Source: Eledone cirrhosa (taxonomy: Eukaryota). From it: a stretch of 64,000 nt of DNA. A program made the position numbers and the translations under genes. The stretch lies in the NCBI GenBank assembly GCA_964016885.1, contig OZ024751.1, positions 24,862,001-24,926,000 of the forward strand, given 5' to 3'. This document shows, piece by piece, positions 1 through 14,913 of the stretch. The notes under the pieces are model-generated. The model saw only the letters and a program-made list of their open reading frames with translations, ran no database searches and had not been told where the DNA came from. The number at the start of each line of letters is the position of its first letter. The first letter of the stretch is position 1.

Positions 1-299
1 ATCTGTAAGGTGGTTGACATTAGAAAGAGTATCCAGTCATAGAAAACGAACCCTAAAATGGAATGTACGAGGATGATGTGATCACTTAACCTCTCATGCC
101 TCGTAAATGTGACAACCCATCTAACTGATGATGCTGATCTTGTGATCAAGGAAACAGTTTCAGGTAAAATCTTGACCATGGAGGTGATTAAGTTCTTCTG
201 GAATTCTGTGTTTTTATTAAAGTTTAATTTTGTTTTTTTTTATGTTTTATTGTAAACTATTACTTCCTGGACAGTTGATGTTTTTATTAAGGAACAAAT

Positions 300-730
300 A
301 TAGGTCTGACTGAAGGCAAGTCCTGTCACCCACCTCATTGATGACTTCTGCGGCTTGGAATCATCTGCAAAGATTCTTATGCTGCTGTGCTTGATGATGT
401 CAGTAATGTTATTAATCTAGATGATGAAAAGAAGTGGGCCCAACACAGTGCCTTATGGGACGCCACTGCTGACTTTGGCTGGGCTTGATTTTTACCCCTT
501 CAACTACATGTTGGGCTTTGTCTGTCAGGAAACACTTGATCCACTCTAGTAACTTTCCAGAGACACCAATGCTGGATAGGTTTTTCAATAGAATCTTATG
601 ATCAACCCTGTCAAAGGCCTTGCTGAAATCAAGCTAGATGTTGGAGTTGGAGTTCTCAGTTCCTGCATCTTTTTGATGATATTTTGTGTTAGGCAGTCCC
701 TTCCATTATGGAACATTATGGACCCATGTT
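300..730 (-). mobile_element. Decayed non-LTR reverse transcriptase fragment (CR1/L2/Jockey-type)
   Basis: Minus strand reads DFSKAFDRV, SGVP*GTVLGPL and FADD in RT motif order, with stops and frameshifts. Confidence 0.8.
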
Positions 731-789
731 GTCAGCAGTCATATATATATATATATTGGAAAAGTAAATAACAACAAAGAGTACATTTA

Positions 790-1185
790 ATAACTGCCTT
801 GACTTTAATCTAGTGTATAAATGCATTGTTAAAACTAATGATAAGTTGTATAACTATATACGATTATCATTAGTTCATCTAAGTTTAAGGAAAGGTGGTA
901 TGACCATACGCATACATTTAGAAGAATGGATAAGAAATTTTCAACTTCCCTATCTCAGTTAATATGGTCTATAAAAAATAAAAACATAGATTACTCATCT
1001 TGGCATAAGCTGGCTAACGCCTTACCTTATGTTAATTCTTCTATTTATAAAAATTGTAATCTCTGTAATACTGAAATTCTTCATATTATTAGTAATACAC
1101 AATCTATTATTAATAAAAGAACAGAAATCTTCAGCAGCTGCTTGCACCAAATTTCTAGATCTTTTCACAGAATATATAACTAAAT
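790..1185 (+). mobile_element. Penelope-like element GIY-YIG endonuclease C-terminal remnant
   Basis: LVYKCIVKTNDKLYNYI, then FKERWYDHTHTF, STSLSQLIWSIK, CNLCNTE and INKRTEIFSSCLH, matching the PLE GIY-YIG tail; frameshifted. Confidence 0.75.
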
Positions 1186-1244
1186 TTGCATATTTGTATG
1201 ATTGATTTAATAGTTACCTGTGTGTGTATATATATATATATATA

Positions 1245-1428
1245 CCAAAGGAACCAGATGGACCATAACGCACCAGAGTACTCAATACCTAGGGTAGTAG
1301 AGTGGGAAATAGGAAAAAGTATGACCCCCGACGGCAGAGCTCAAGCCCGTTTCGACGGCTATTTCTGAGTCCAGAAATAGCCGTCGAAACGGCTTGAGCT
1401 CTGCAGTCGGGGTCATACTTTTTCCTAT
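1245..1428. repeat. PLE-terminal-repeat-like family B copy with fold-back palindrome
   Basis: Inverted arms 1309-1428; homologous to copies at 32796, 47150 and 52180; flanked by (TA)n. Confidence 0.8.
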
Positions 1429-1789
1429 ATATATATGTATAATTATAAGTTTTCTTAGATATATACATATCTATATCGTAACAACATAAGTGGCACTATT
1501 TATATTCCTTGACAATATATTATGCTTACATTATAGGGTTCAATAATAAATTCTTACCCCCCCCCCCCACACCATTTCTAAAACCTTATATAATTTTTAT
1601 CATGACTAATCAAAGTTCTTCCACTTTGTTTATTTACTTATGTAAATACATTCCTCACTATATCTAGTATATTCCTTTATTTTTTCGTAACATTAGAATA
1701 TAATATATATATCGATTTACCTATACACATACATATATAAGTGTATGTATGTATGTGTGTGTGTATATATGTGTATGTAAAAGGTAAAC

Positions 1790-2470
1790 AGAAATAACAA
1801 CACAATTGCTACAGTATATGGAAGGGATATATAGGTTAACGCTTGATATAGCAGGAAGAGGGTATTAATGTTTTGGACGCTAGTCCTTCATCAGGAGAAA
1901 GAATAAGAAATAAGATAGATTGAGGGGACGGGCGGGATGGAATTGGAAAAAATGTCTTTAGATAAAATACAGGTCCATTCATGTTGACATCTCATGCACA
2001 ACTGTTGGTGCTGGCATTTTGTGTATGATTTGTTTTTTAGAAAAGTGGATGATGGCGCGCGTCTACTTGAAATAGAAAAAAAAACGTTTTGTAAATAGAG
2101 CTATACTTGAGCACGTGCGTAAGCATGTTTGTTAGTGTGTGTGTGTGTGTGATATACGTCCATACGAAGCTAAGAAGAAATATATGAGTAAAAGAGTGTG
2201 TACATGTAAGTACGAACTTAGGAGCAAAAGTAGGTTAATATAAGGGTGTGTATGTGTGTACACAGAGCAGTGAAGGGAAAAGTGGAGTGAGCATATATAG
2301 TCGGCATGTATTAGTTGTAAGAGAAGCTGCTTATGATCTAGAGAAAGCGATAGGAATCTAGGGGTGTGATAAATGGACGGGGTATTAGAGAATTTGGGAA
2401 GGTGAGTTGAGTCCAAGTGTGTGAATCAGACTTTATTCACTCCTGGTGTGCAAGGCCTGTGATCCATGAT
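1790..2470 (-). mobile_element. Decayed PLE 3' end with degenerate minimal hammerhead (1861-1897)
   Basis: Minus strand CTGATGA-A-GGAC-TAGC-GTCC-AAAAC, i.e. GAAAC altered as expected from CpG decay. Confidence 0.5.
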
Positions 2471-2727
2471 GTAAAAGGACACCCAAGACTAAATAATACC
2501 TTAGAAAATCATGTAAAATACCCAATTAACGGAAAAAAGTAGGCAGTGGCTGCTACGAGGAGTCAAACTTTGTGTGTGTGTATATATATATATATACACA
2601 CACATGTGTGTATGTATATATGTATATGTAGGATATCCTTAGAGGAAAGATCAAGGAAGACAATGCTCAAACTGGATCCCAAAACCAATGGTCACATGTC
2701 AAGTATTTATATTATATATATGTATAT

Positions 2728-2925
2728 ACACGAGTGTGTGCTGAAAAGTTTCTGGCTTTGAATAAAAGAAAATACAGGAGGATCAGTTAATTATGATTTT
2801 ATTCAACATATTTCCCTTTCAGATTCACACACTTGTTGCAGCGGTCCTTCAGTTTTTCTTAGCCATGTAAAAAGAACTCAGAGGGTTGGGCCTCCAACCA
2901 GGCCTCTGTTGCAGTGATCAAGCCA
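2728..2925 (-). mobile_element. Mariner transposon 3' end remnant
   Basis: Minus strand EFFLHG*EKLKDRCNKCVNLKGKYVE* (mariner C-terminus) followed by a TIR-like CGAGTGTGTGCTGAAAAGTT. Confidence 0.75.
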
Positions 2926-3241
2926 GGAAATGTTTACCAACTCCTCATATATGTGTGTGAATATATATATATTCAAAATAGGGAGTGCACAGGACAAAGA
3001 CACAAAACAAAACAGAAAGACGGACAGTCCCATCTCTTCAGTCAAGCTCTGGAAATCACTATGGTTTCGGTTTTTAAGGTTGATACCATTCATTCCAGTG
3101 AAGATTGGGACATAACAAAATGGGTAGAGAGAAGTTATGCCTTTAGGCAAGTTACACAAATATATATATTTATTTGAATAATATAATTCCTATATTTATT
3201 GCTGTATTAATGCTTACCTTCTTATTTTTATTATTATTCAG

Positions 3242-3364
3242 CTTTCCGAAACCAGTGGCACTTTCTTTGGTGAAGTTCTCTATTGGGCTGTGTACGGCGG
3301 CAGCAGCAGCAACTACACACCACCACCACCCCCATCATCATCATCATCATCTATGGCAGCATGA
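3242..3364 (+). other. Putative terminal exon of an unidentified plus-strand gene
   Basis: T-rich tract ending ttcag, then non-repeat GC-richer sequence. Phase 0 gives LSETSGTFFGEVLYWAVYGG...MAA*, phase 1 gives xFRNQWHFLW*. Followed by 3'UTR-like poly(T)/poly(A) sequence. Frame undetermined. Confidence 0.4.
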
Positions 3365-4026
3365 CTTAGTGAAGATTTCTCAGTTGAAAGAAACAGTGTT
3401 ACTTCTCCTCCTCCACTTCCTCCTACTATGCCTCCTTCCTCTTTCCTCCTCCTCTCTCTTTTACAATGACACGGAGGAAATAGCTCGGATCACGGATCAC
3501 CATGGTGGATATACCTGACACTAGGGGGGGGGGGAGGAGGAGAGAGTATATGTTGTTACTGCATTTTTTTTTTTTTTTTTTTTTTGTTATTTTTTTTAAA
3601 TCTTAGCAAAATTACAGTTGTCTCAGATTTTTTTCTATTTGAGAAAATATTTAAACCAAAAAAAAAAAAGAAGAAAACCACACAAACTAAAACAAACTTA
3701 AGAAATGAAATCATGAAATTATATTCATAATATTTTTTTTTTTTTTGTTCTTTTTACTCATTGGCTGCACATTTTTTTTAAATATTTAAAAAAAAGACAT
3801 ATAAAAATATTTTTTTTCCTAAAGAAAAAAGGAAAGATTTCAAACAAACACACACAGACACACATGCACATACACATACACATGTACATGTACATACACA
3901 TGCACATACACATGCACATACAATGAACGGAAAAATATATATAAAACACGAACAAAGCAACATGGCAGTATTTGAATGTGGACCAACGGTCATCTTTTAT
4001 CTGACACCAAAAACACTAAAGGAAGA

Positions 4027-5937
4027 ATATATATATATATGTATATATATATGTGTGTGTATATATATATATATATATGTAACTATGTATGTATATATAT
4101 ATATATGTATGTATATATATATGTATGTATGTATATATATATATATGTATGTATGTATGTATATATGTATGTATGTATATATATATGTATGTATATATAT
4201 ATGTATATATATATATATGTATGTATGTATGTATATATGTATGTATGTATATATATATGTATGTATATATATATGTATGTATATATATATGTATGTATAT
4301 ATATATATATGTGTGAATGTATATATATATATGTGTATATATATGTATGTATATATATATATATGTGTGAATGTATATATATATATGTGTATATATATAT
4401 ATGTATCTATGTATATATGTATGTGTCTATGTATATATATATGTATGTATGTATATATATATATATGTGTGAATGTATATATATATATGTGTATATATAT
4501 ATATGTATCTATGTATATATGTATGTGTCTATGTATATATATATGTATGTGTCTATGTATATATGTATGTATATGTATATATATGTATGTATATGTATAT
4601 ATATGTATGTATATGTATATATATGTATGTATATGTATATATATGTATGTATGTGTATATATATATATATGTATATGTATATATGTATATATATATATAT
4701 ATGTATGTATGTATATATATATATATATGTATGTATGTATATATATATATGTATGTATGTATATGTATATATGTATATATATGTATATGTATATGTATGT
4801 ATATGTATATATATATGTATGTATATATATATGTATATGTATGTATATATATATGTATGTATATGTATATATATATGTATATGTATGTATATATATATGT
4901 ATGTATATGTATATATATATGTATATGTATGTATATGTATATGTATGTATATATATATGTATGTATATGTATATGTATGTATATATATATGTATATATAT
5001 ATATATGTATATATATATATGTATATATATATATATGTAAGTATATATATGTATATATATATATATGTAAGTATATATATGTATATATATATATGTAAGT
5101 ATATATATGTATATATATATATGTAAGTATATATATGTAAGTATATATATGTATATATATATAAGTATATATATGTAAGTATATATATGTATATATATAT
5201 ATATGTAAGTATATATATGTATATATATATGTAAGTATATATATGTATATATATATGTAAGTATATATATATGTAAGTATATATATGTGTATATATATGT
5301 ATATATATATGTAAGTATATATATATGTAAGTATATATATATGTAAGTATATATATATATGTATATATATTATGTATATATATATGTAAGTATATATATG
5401 TATATATATATGTAAGTATATATATGTAAGTATATATATGTATATATATATGTCAGTATATGTATATATATAAGTATATATATATATGAGTATATATATG
5501 GATATATATATATGAGTATATATATATATGAGTATATATATGGATATATATATATATATATATGAGTATATATATATGTCGTATATATATATATATATGT
5601 GTATATATATATATATATGAGTATATATATATGTCGTATATATATATATATATATGTGTATATATATATATATATGTGTATATATATATATATGTCGTAT
5701 ATATATATATATGTATATATATATATGTGTATATATATGTATGTGTATATATGTATGTGTATATATATATGTGTATATATATGTGTATATATATATATGT
5801 GTATATATATGTGTATATATATATATGTGTATATATGTGTATATATATATGTATATATATATGTGTATATATATATGTGTATATATATATATGTGTATAT
5901 ATATATATGTGTATATATATATGTGTATATATATATG

Positions 5938-5968
<31 letters not shown>

Positions 5969-6027
5969 GTGTATATGTATATATGTGTATATATATATAT
6001 ATGTATATATATATATGTATATATATG

Positions 6028-6060
<33 letters not shown>

Positions 6061-6560
6061 GTGTATAGATATGTGTATATATATATGTATATATATATGT
6101 ATATATATATGTATATATATATGTATATATATATGTATATATATATGTATATATATATATGTATATATATATGTATATATATATGTGTATATATATATGT
6201 GTATATATATATATGTGTATATATATATATACGTGTATATATATATGTGTATATATATATATACATATATGTGTATGTATGTATATATATTTGTATGTAT
6301 GTATATATATATTTGTATATGTGTATGTATGTATATATATTTGTATGTATGTATATATATATTTGTATATGTGTATATATATATATACATATATGTGTAT
6401 GTATGTATATATATTTGTATATGTGTATATATATATGTATATATATTTGTATATGTGTATATATATATATATAAATGTGTGTGTGTATATATATATGTGT
6501 GTATATATATATGTGTGTATATATATATATGTATATATACATATAATTATATATATAAAC
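4027..6560. repeat. Compound (TA)n/(TATG)n microsatellite array, about 2.5 kb
   Basis: Directly visible; source of the Y/I/M/C-rich pseudo-ORFs. Confidence 0.98.
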
Positions 6561-6787
6561 ATGTGTAATATATATATATTAACTTATTTATTCATCATTT
6601 TTTATACTTCAAATATAACACACACCCTTCTTCTCCCCCATCCCATGTTGAAAATATATTTAAAGATAATAGCAAAATAATGTCAGCAGTAATGATGATA
6701 TAGCAGAAAATAATGATAATAATAATATTGATGATAATAATGATATTTAAATACAACACAGAAATAAACTGTGCACACTTCATCATT

Positions 6788-7402
6788 CTTTCTTCTCTTT
6801 CACCCTCTCTCTCTACTTCTTCTTTCCTCTCTTTCACCCTCTCTCTCTCTCTCTCTCCAGTTCTTTCTTCTCTTTCACCCTCTCCTACTTCTTTCTTTTT
6901 TCACCCTCTCTCTAGTTCTTCTTTCCTCTCGTTCACCCTCTCTCTACTTCTTCTTTCCTCTCGTTCACCCTCTCTCTACTTCTTCTTTCCTCTCATTCCC
7001 CCTCTCTCTACTTCTTCTTTCCTCTCATTCACCCTCTCTCTACTTCTTCTTTCCTCTCGTTCACCCTCTCTCTACTTCTTTCCTCTCTTTCACCCTCTCT
7101 CTACTTCTTTCCTCTCTTTCACCCTCTCTCTCTACTTCTTTCCTCTCTTTCACCCTCTCTCTCTACATTCCTCTCTTTCACCCTCTCACTACTTCTTTCT
7201 TCTCTTTCACTCTCTCTCTCTAGTTCTTCTTTCCTCTCTTTCACCCTCTCTCCAGTTCTTCTTTCTTCTCTTTCTCTCTCTCTCTTACCTTACATTACTT
7301 AGCTCTCTCTCTCTCTCTCTTACCTTACATTTCTTAGCTCTCTCTCTCTCTCGTTCACCCTCTCTTTATATCCTCTCTCTTTTAGTCTCTATTTCTCTCT
7401 CT
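6788..7402. repeat. Polypyrimidine minisatellite, about 31-bp unit TTCACCCTCTCTCTACTTCTTCTTTCCTCTC
   Basis: Tandem variants directly visible. Confidence 0.9.
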
Positions 7403-7424
7403 CAGTCAATTATATGTACAGTTA

Positions 7425-8500
7425 TACACACACACATATACAGGTAGATAGACATACATACACACACATATATAGGTAGATAGACATACATACACACACA
7501 TATACAGGTAGATAGACATACATACACACACATATATAGGTAGACATACATACACACATATACAGGTAGCTAGACATACATACACACACATATACAGGTA
7601 GATAGATATACATACACACACATATACAGGTAGATAGACATACATACACATATATACAGGTAGATAGACATACACACACACACACACACATATACAGGTA
7701 GCTAGACATACACACACACATATACAGGTAGATAGACATACATACACACACATATATAGGTAGATAGACATACATACACACACATATACAGGTAGATAGA
7801 CATACATACACACACATATATAGGTAGACATACATACACACATATACAGGTAGCTAGACATACATACACACACATATACAGGTAGATAGATATACATACA
7901 CACACATATACAGGTAGATAGACATACATACACATATATACAGGTAGATAGACATACACACACACACACACACATATACAGGTAGCTAGACATACACACA
8001 CACATATACAGGTAGCTAGACATACATACACACACATATACAGGTAGATAGACATACATACACACACACATATACAGGTAGATAGACATACATACACACA
8101 CACATATACAGGTAGCTAGACATACAAACACACATACAGGTAGATAGACATACATACACACACATATACAGGTAGCTAGACATACATACACACACATACA
8201 GGTAGCTAGACATACATACACACATATACAGGTAGATAGACATACATACACATATATACAGGTAGATAGACATACATACACATATATACAGGTAGATAGA
8301 CATACATACACACACATATACAGGTAGATAGACATACATACACATATATACAGGTAGATAGACATACACACACACACACACATATACAGGTAGCGAGACA
8401 TACACACACACATATACAGGTAGATAGACAAACATACACCCATATACAGGTAGATAGACATACACACACACATATACAGGTAGATAGACATACATACACA
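7425..8500. repeat. Minisatellite, about 30-36-bp unit CATATACAGGTAG(A/C)TAGACATA(CA)n
   Basis: About 30 tandem units with a constant core and variable CA tract. Confidence 0.95.
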
Positions 8501-9496
8501 CAGTCATACATACATACATACAGTCATACATACATACAGTCATACATGCATAAATACATACACACACAACTACATACACACACAACTATATTCATACATA
8601 AATACACTACATGCATACTCATTTTTTACTCCATTATTATTATTTTTGTAAGTCACATGATGGAAAAAAAGGTGTAAAAATGAAAGAAAGAAAGAACTAT
8701 TCTTTATTAATGTAACCCCTTCCTCACCCCAGGAGTTCTACGTCCACCTTAAAGTCATCAGCAAAGAAAAAATAGGTAAACAAAAGAACTCTTATCCCCT
8801 CCCCTTTCTCCTGGCTCGTTATTTCTAAAACGCTATTTAGAGGTGTGTCATAATTATTATCATCATTATCAATATTACCATTATTATTACCATTTCTATT
8901 ATTATGATTATTAATATTATTAATATTATTATTATGGAAGAGACTGTCTACATGTGAAAAAAACCCACATCAACCCCAATAATTAAACCTTTTTCTACTC
9001 TTATATATAAACTTCTTAGATTGAATAATATCTCTGCATTTTATAATAATAAAAAAAAAAAATTAAAAAAACATACTTAGTTTAGAAAAGTTAAACAAAA
9101 AAGAAAATCAAAATGAACAATTTTTTATATATGAACAAAAAACACAAAATTTAAATAAAATGAAAAAAAAAAATCAAGAAAATTTTTCAAATAATAATAA
9201 TATTAATATTACAAATTAATGATAATTAATATTAATAATAATAATAGTAATAATAATAGTCATGTAAGAAGCTTTGAAAAAGAAACCATAAAAAAACAAG
9301 AACAAAAGAAAATGAAATAAAAACTGGCAAGATTCAGAGATTTTCATTATATTAAGAAACAGTCTCGCAGTGAAGAAATATGAAGTAATATTAAATAGAT
9401 GATAATGTTGCTTTTATTTATTTATTTATGAGAGTGTCGTAGTGCAGATTATCAGGTACATGGCAAGGAGAAATATAAGGTAATCCTTCATTTTAA

Positions 9497-9716
9497 CATC
9501 ACAGATAACTAATGGTATATATGTGAGTGAAAAATGACAGTTTGTTTTCTTGACGAGGTCATCTGATGTGGTCAAATCTTAGAAAGAGACAACCCATTTT
9601 CTCCATGTCGACATCACAGATAACTTGGTAATATCTGTGTGTGAAATGACAGTTTTTTTTTTCTTGACATGGTCATCTGATGTGCTTGAATTTCAGAAAG
9701 AGACAACCATTTTGTC
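9497..9716. repeat. Diverged tandem duplication of about 114 bp
   Basis: ACATCACAGATAACT...GGTCATCTGATGTG...AGAAAGAGACAACC occurs twice. Confidence 0.85.
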
Positions 9717-10168
9717 TATTCCAATATAGATAATAGATATAAGAAAGATGTGAAATGATGATGATGTTGAACACAATCATAATCATTATTTACACCTTTG
9801 AATATATATCGCAGCAAAATATGCTGTATTAAGAAACTTAAGAGGAAACACAGCCAGGTGAGGGCAATAACTTGAGGTTTCGTTGTTATATATATATATA
9901 TATAATACATTATGAAGAGAGAAGAAACATTAGATATAATTAGTAATAAGATATATCATACCTAAACTGCTTCTATAGTCCCCGACTACGTAGTTTCGTG
10001 GCATATTATGCAAAAACACTACATCATAGAGATATAGAGTTTTTGTGAGTTCTGCCGACCTGTGTATATATATATATATGTATCCATATGTGGCTGACAG
10101 CTGACAGAGACAGAAAAGAGTTATAGTTTTAATATTCATTTTATTAAGGCTAAATACTGAGTTTATGG

Positions 10169-10205
<37 letters not shown>

Positions 10206-10334
10206 TCTATATTAATGAAACAGCTTTTCCCCATAAACTCAAAACTCTGTATACAATTTTTATATCATTTCTCAATTTCATTACTTGTTTTGTTTTTCTT
10301 TCATCAAGTCGGGTTAATCATTATTATTGATTAT

Positions 10335-10490
10335 CATGCTTTGCAGCATAGAGTTATGGCCCTTTACGTTCTGGGTTCAAATCCTGCCAAGATTAACTGC
10401 CTTTCATCCTTACGGGGTCAATAAAATTAAAGTACCAGTAATGCACTGAGATAATTGCTGGCCGTGTGCCAAAAGTAGAAACAATTATTA
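10335..10490 (+). mobile_element. tRNA-derived SINE family A, 5'-truncated
   Basis: GGTTCAAATCC B-box, GCCTTTCATCCTTACGGGGTC-ATAAAAT-AAGTACCAG central block, (ATT)n tail. Confidence 0.85.
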
Positions 10491-10933
10491 TTATTTTTAT
10501 TAGTATTAAACTTCATTGACATTCAAGAGGAAAGCAAAGTTGTATAACAACATACTCAAGACTTGTGTGTAATTTCTGATAATTTATGAACACAAGTATG
10601 CACATATTAATATATATATATGCACTACTCCAAGAGACAAAAAAACAAAACAAAAACAAATCAAGATCTGATGTTTCCGGTGGAAGCCTTTATCGAAGTA
10701 GAGTAAAAGAAGAAAAGTATAAGTATGTTAAAAAAACAAGTCTTTCTCTTTCGGTTACATTCTGTGATTGATCTAATATATTAATGAATGCTCAATAATG
10801 GTGGGTTGAGTGTAGAAGTTTATTTTACAAGTAGGAAGAAGGGGTATATATATATATAAAATAATGAAACCAATAAATATTGTATAATGTGGTTTTACTG
10901 AAGACTGTTTCTTTCAACATGCATAACATTTAA

Positions 10934-11141
10934 CCCTTTAATGTTCAAACTGGCCAAAACCGGCCTGAATTCTCTACCTCTTTCTGTTGAAACTGGCTGT
11001 AACCGGTCACTCAAACTGATGTTAGGGTATTGTTCTCAAAATAAATACTTTCAAAATCTCATAGATTCGATATTATGTGAGATAAAAGCCTTTACCATGA
11101 AAATACAATAGTATATATACAGTAATGTGAATGCTAAAGGG
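10934..11141. mobile_element. piggyBac-type MITE
   Basis: TTAA|CCCTTTA...TAAAGGG|TTAA termini; second copy at 48187-48405. Confidence 0.85.
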
Positions 11142-12564
11142 TTAAGACATTTTCAATTTCCAGTAATGGTTTGAAGATTCTGATATATAATCAATGTATA
11201 CTTTAAGAAACAGCCTATGGTGGAATTCACTTGGATGAATGATGGTTGGTTTTATTACATAGTTAAACTTCTGCATTCTTGTATTGAGTTCTCTCTCTCT
11301 CTCCCTTTATATATATATATATATACACACACATATACTGAAGTGTATTTTCTTTTTTCATAGTGTACAAAGAATGTTTAAACGCTAACTGAATGAGCAG
11401 ACAATAAAGAAGAGCAATGTATATTTTCCAAAGAAATAGGTGGCAGTGACTTCCATGCCATTGCCACCTATTTCTTTGGAACACACACAGACACACACAC
11501 ACACACACGTACGTAATGACTTTGAGAATATGAAAAGCTTTAAAAAAAATAGACACAAGAAAATAAGATTTAATTTACCCTGGAATTGACAAATTATGAA
11601 TTTGTTTTTTTTAAATTTATTTATTTCATTGAAATATTTCTAAAATAATTGGATAATGAAAATTGTTTTGTATAAAATTTAATTTAAAAGACTGAAAAAT
11701 ATTTGAAAATCTCTGAATATAACACAATTATGTTCTGTAGACGGAAAGAGTTGACAATTATTTAGTTCCAAAGCTATAAAGAAATACAAAGAAAACAGCC
11801 ATCAACCGTTATGGTGGTCCATGTGTTACTGTTGTTGATGTTGTAGTAACTTCTGTTTTTTATTGTTTGTTTTTATATAGAGATTACTATTATATTGTTT
11901 GTCATACTTCTCCCTCCCTCCACCCTTGCCACCCAATCCCCAGACCCCCCCTCATCTGCCCATTCTGTTGGCTGTGTGATATCTGTCAGAAGGTTGTGTG
12001 TCCCCACCTCTTCCTTTCTTCTTGTCAAGATGATTGTATCATGTTTTATCATATCTTTACATGCCCTGTTTTTCTTTGACATTTTTTTTTTTAGATTTGT
12101 TTTTGTTTTTGTTTTTTTATCACCTTCCACATTTCTTTCACTCTCTTCCCCCTCTTTTACATCATCACACTAATTATGTATGTCTAAGCTATTAATTACT
12201 TATTAGTGTTAATTATTTTATAAGGAGCTATTATTTTATAAGGAGCCGAGGTTAACTTTGCCTTTCATCCTTACAGGGTCGATAAAATAAAGTACCAGTA
12301 ATGTACTGGATATTTGCTGGCCTTGTGCCAATAGTAGAAACAATTATTTTATAAGGAGCTAAAATATACCCAAATACAATACAACAACCAAAAATAAAAT
12401 ATTACCCTCCACTAGAATTGAACCAATTTTCCTCCTTCAACCTATTTTTTTTAATTATGCATTTCTGTCCCCTTTTTAAATCCACACCTTTCTGGATTCC
12501 CTTCCGTTGTTTAGATTTTAACATTTCACCAATTTACTTCATAGTTTTACCACCAGGAACATAA

Positions 12565-13090
12565 AATATATGTGTATATATATATATGTATATATAGATA
12601 TATATGTATGTGTATATATATATGTGTATATATATATGTGTATATATATATGTATATATGTATATATATATATATGTATATATATATGTATATATATATG
12701 TATATATATGTGTATATATATGTGTATATATATGTGTATATATATGTGTATATATATGTGTATATATATGTGTATATATATGTGTATATATATGTGTACA
12801 TATATGTGTACATATATATGTACATATATATGTATATATATATGTATATATATATGTATGTATATATGTATGTATATATTTATGTATGTATATATATATG
12901 TATATATATATGTATGTATATATATATGTATATATATATGTATATATTTATGTATGTATATATATATGTATATATATATGTATGTATATATATATATGTA
13001 TATATATATGTATATATATATGTATATATATATGTATGTATATATATATGTATATATATATGTATGTATATATTTATGTATGTATATATG

Positions 13091-13121
<31 letters not shown>

Positions 13122-13142
13122 ATATATATATATATATATATA
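12565..13142. repeat. (TA)n/(TATG) microsatellite array
   Basis: Directly visible. Confidence 0.95.
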
Positions 13143-13402
13143 AAGAAGGGGGCGGGTGTTCTGAGTTACTTCTTAATAACTCTTCTCTATACCATAATCA
13201 CGGGTTATCTCCCTGTTAGTTCATTGACTTATTATTATACAGCAACACAAAAAATCTTCTGTACACCACAAACAAAGGTTATCCTTCTTTGTTACTTCTT
13301 CAATATCACTTTTTCCTTGTGAGGTCATTGTTAATTTTCATCAGGTTTGTTGTTTGTTGTGTAGATCTACTTTCAAACACTTTCCTTCTAATAACTGAAC
13401 AT

Positions 13403-13438
<36 letters not shown>

Positions 13439-13606
13439 TATAAAGATTTCTTTATACCAATTAATTGGATATTTGGCATCTCAATGGATTGATTTAGAGG
13501 TCTGTAAGGAGGAAGAGTGGTTACTTCTTCACTGCGTTTATTGGTTGGTGACACGTGTTTCGACACTGATCAGCTCAACGTTCGATTTGTATCTATCTAG
13601 CCTGAC

Positions 13607-13654
<48 letters not shown>

Positions 13655-13783
13655 CATATGTATGTATATATATATATACACATATATATACATATGTATG
13701 TATATATATATATACACATATATATACATATGTATGTATATATATATATACACATATATATACATATGTATGTATATATATAT

Positions 13784-13826
<43 letters not shown>

Positions 13827-13858
13827 CTCTATATATATAGAGAGATATATATATAGAG

Positions 13859-13893
<35 letters not shown>

Positions 13894-13926
13894 CATATAT
13901 ACATATATATATATACATATATATAC

Positions 13927-13978
<52 letters not shown>

Positions 13979-14054
13979 TCATCATCATCATTTTACGTAC
14001 GCTTTTCCCTGCTTATATATACATATATACATATACACATATATATACATATAC

Positions 14055-14117
<63 letters not shown>

Positions 14118-14180
14118 CATACATATATATGTATATATGCATATATATATATATACATACATATATATATGCATATATAT

Positions 14181-14212
<32 letters not shown>

Positions 14213-14223
14213 GTATATACATA

Positions 14224-14480
14224 TCATCATCATCGTTTAACGTCCATCTTCCATGCTAGCATGGGTTAGACGATTGTGTTACATTTGATGTGGGAATAGT
14301 CGGGAGACCATGTCTCGCTCGTACGGAAGTGTCTCTGGCAGTTTTCTTTTACAGCTGGATGCCCTTCCTAACACCAATCACATTTACAGTGTGGACTGGG
14401 AGCCTTTTCACCATGTCTCCTACACGGCCACCTTACAGTGTGTGGACTGTTGTGTCATCGACACAGTGGACGGGATGGGA
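14224..14480 (-). mobile_element. SINE family E with RTE-type 3' tail
   Basis: GGTGTTAGGAAGGGCATCCAGCTGTA core and CCCATGCTAGCATGGAAGATGGACGTTAAACGATGATG tail; related copies near 21237, 22163, 37895, 45000 and 63770. Confidence 0.8.
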
Positions 14481-14549
14481 AAGGTAGGATGGGGTAGGGT
14501 GTGGCTGTGGAGTGTACATTGAGTTAAGAGCTGCCTATTGACTGTAGGT

Positions 14550-14690
14550 TTGTGTGCAATGGCAGTCGGGTCTTCTGTACAACTGCATGGCGCCAAAGGT
14601 CTCGATCCAGTGTCATTGCCTTAGAGAGGTGTAGGTGGGCAAGGTCCCAGGTTTCTCTTGGTCTACCCACTCCACAGCTTCCATCAATTT
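14550..14690 (-). mobile_element. RTE LINE 3' fragment
   Basis: DGSCGVGRPRETW...DRDLWRHAV; same family as 38205. Confidence 0.75.
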
Positions 14691-14739
14691 TCATATATAT
14701 GTCACATATATATATATATATGTGTGTATATATATATAT

Positions 14740-14781
<42 letters not shown>

Positions 14782-14870
14782 TTTCGGATATAGCTTTCAA
14801 AACGGCTGGAGCTCAGCTGTCTGAATCTTTCCCCCATATTCATATACACACACACAGATATATATATATA

Positions 14871-14913
<43 letters not shown>

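Noticed and set aside
3174-3518. 114-aa ORF with hydrophobic N-terminus and poly-His
   Set aside because: The N-terminus is an intron-like T-rich tract and the His run is a (CAY)n microsatellite
3923-6680. Long ORFs up to 797 aa rich in Y/I/M/C/H/T
   Set aside because: Translations of (TA)n/(TG)n arrays, which lack stop codons; the same applies to similar ORFs throughout the window
7425-8500. CRISPR-like constant core with variable spacers
   Set aside because: The spacers are only CA-tract length variants
6713-8585. Leu/Ser/Phe-rich and YLPVY-repeat ORFs
   Set aside because: Translations of CT-rich and CA-rich minisatellites
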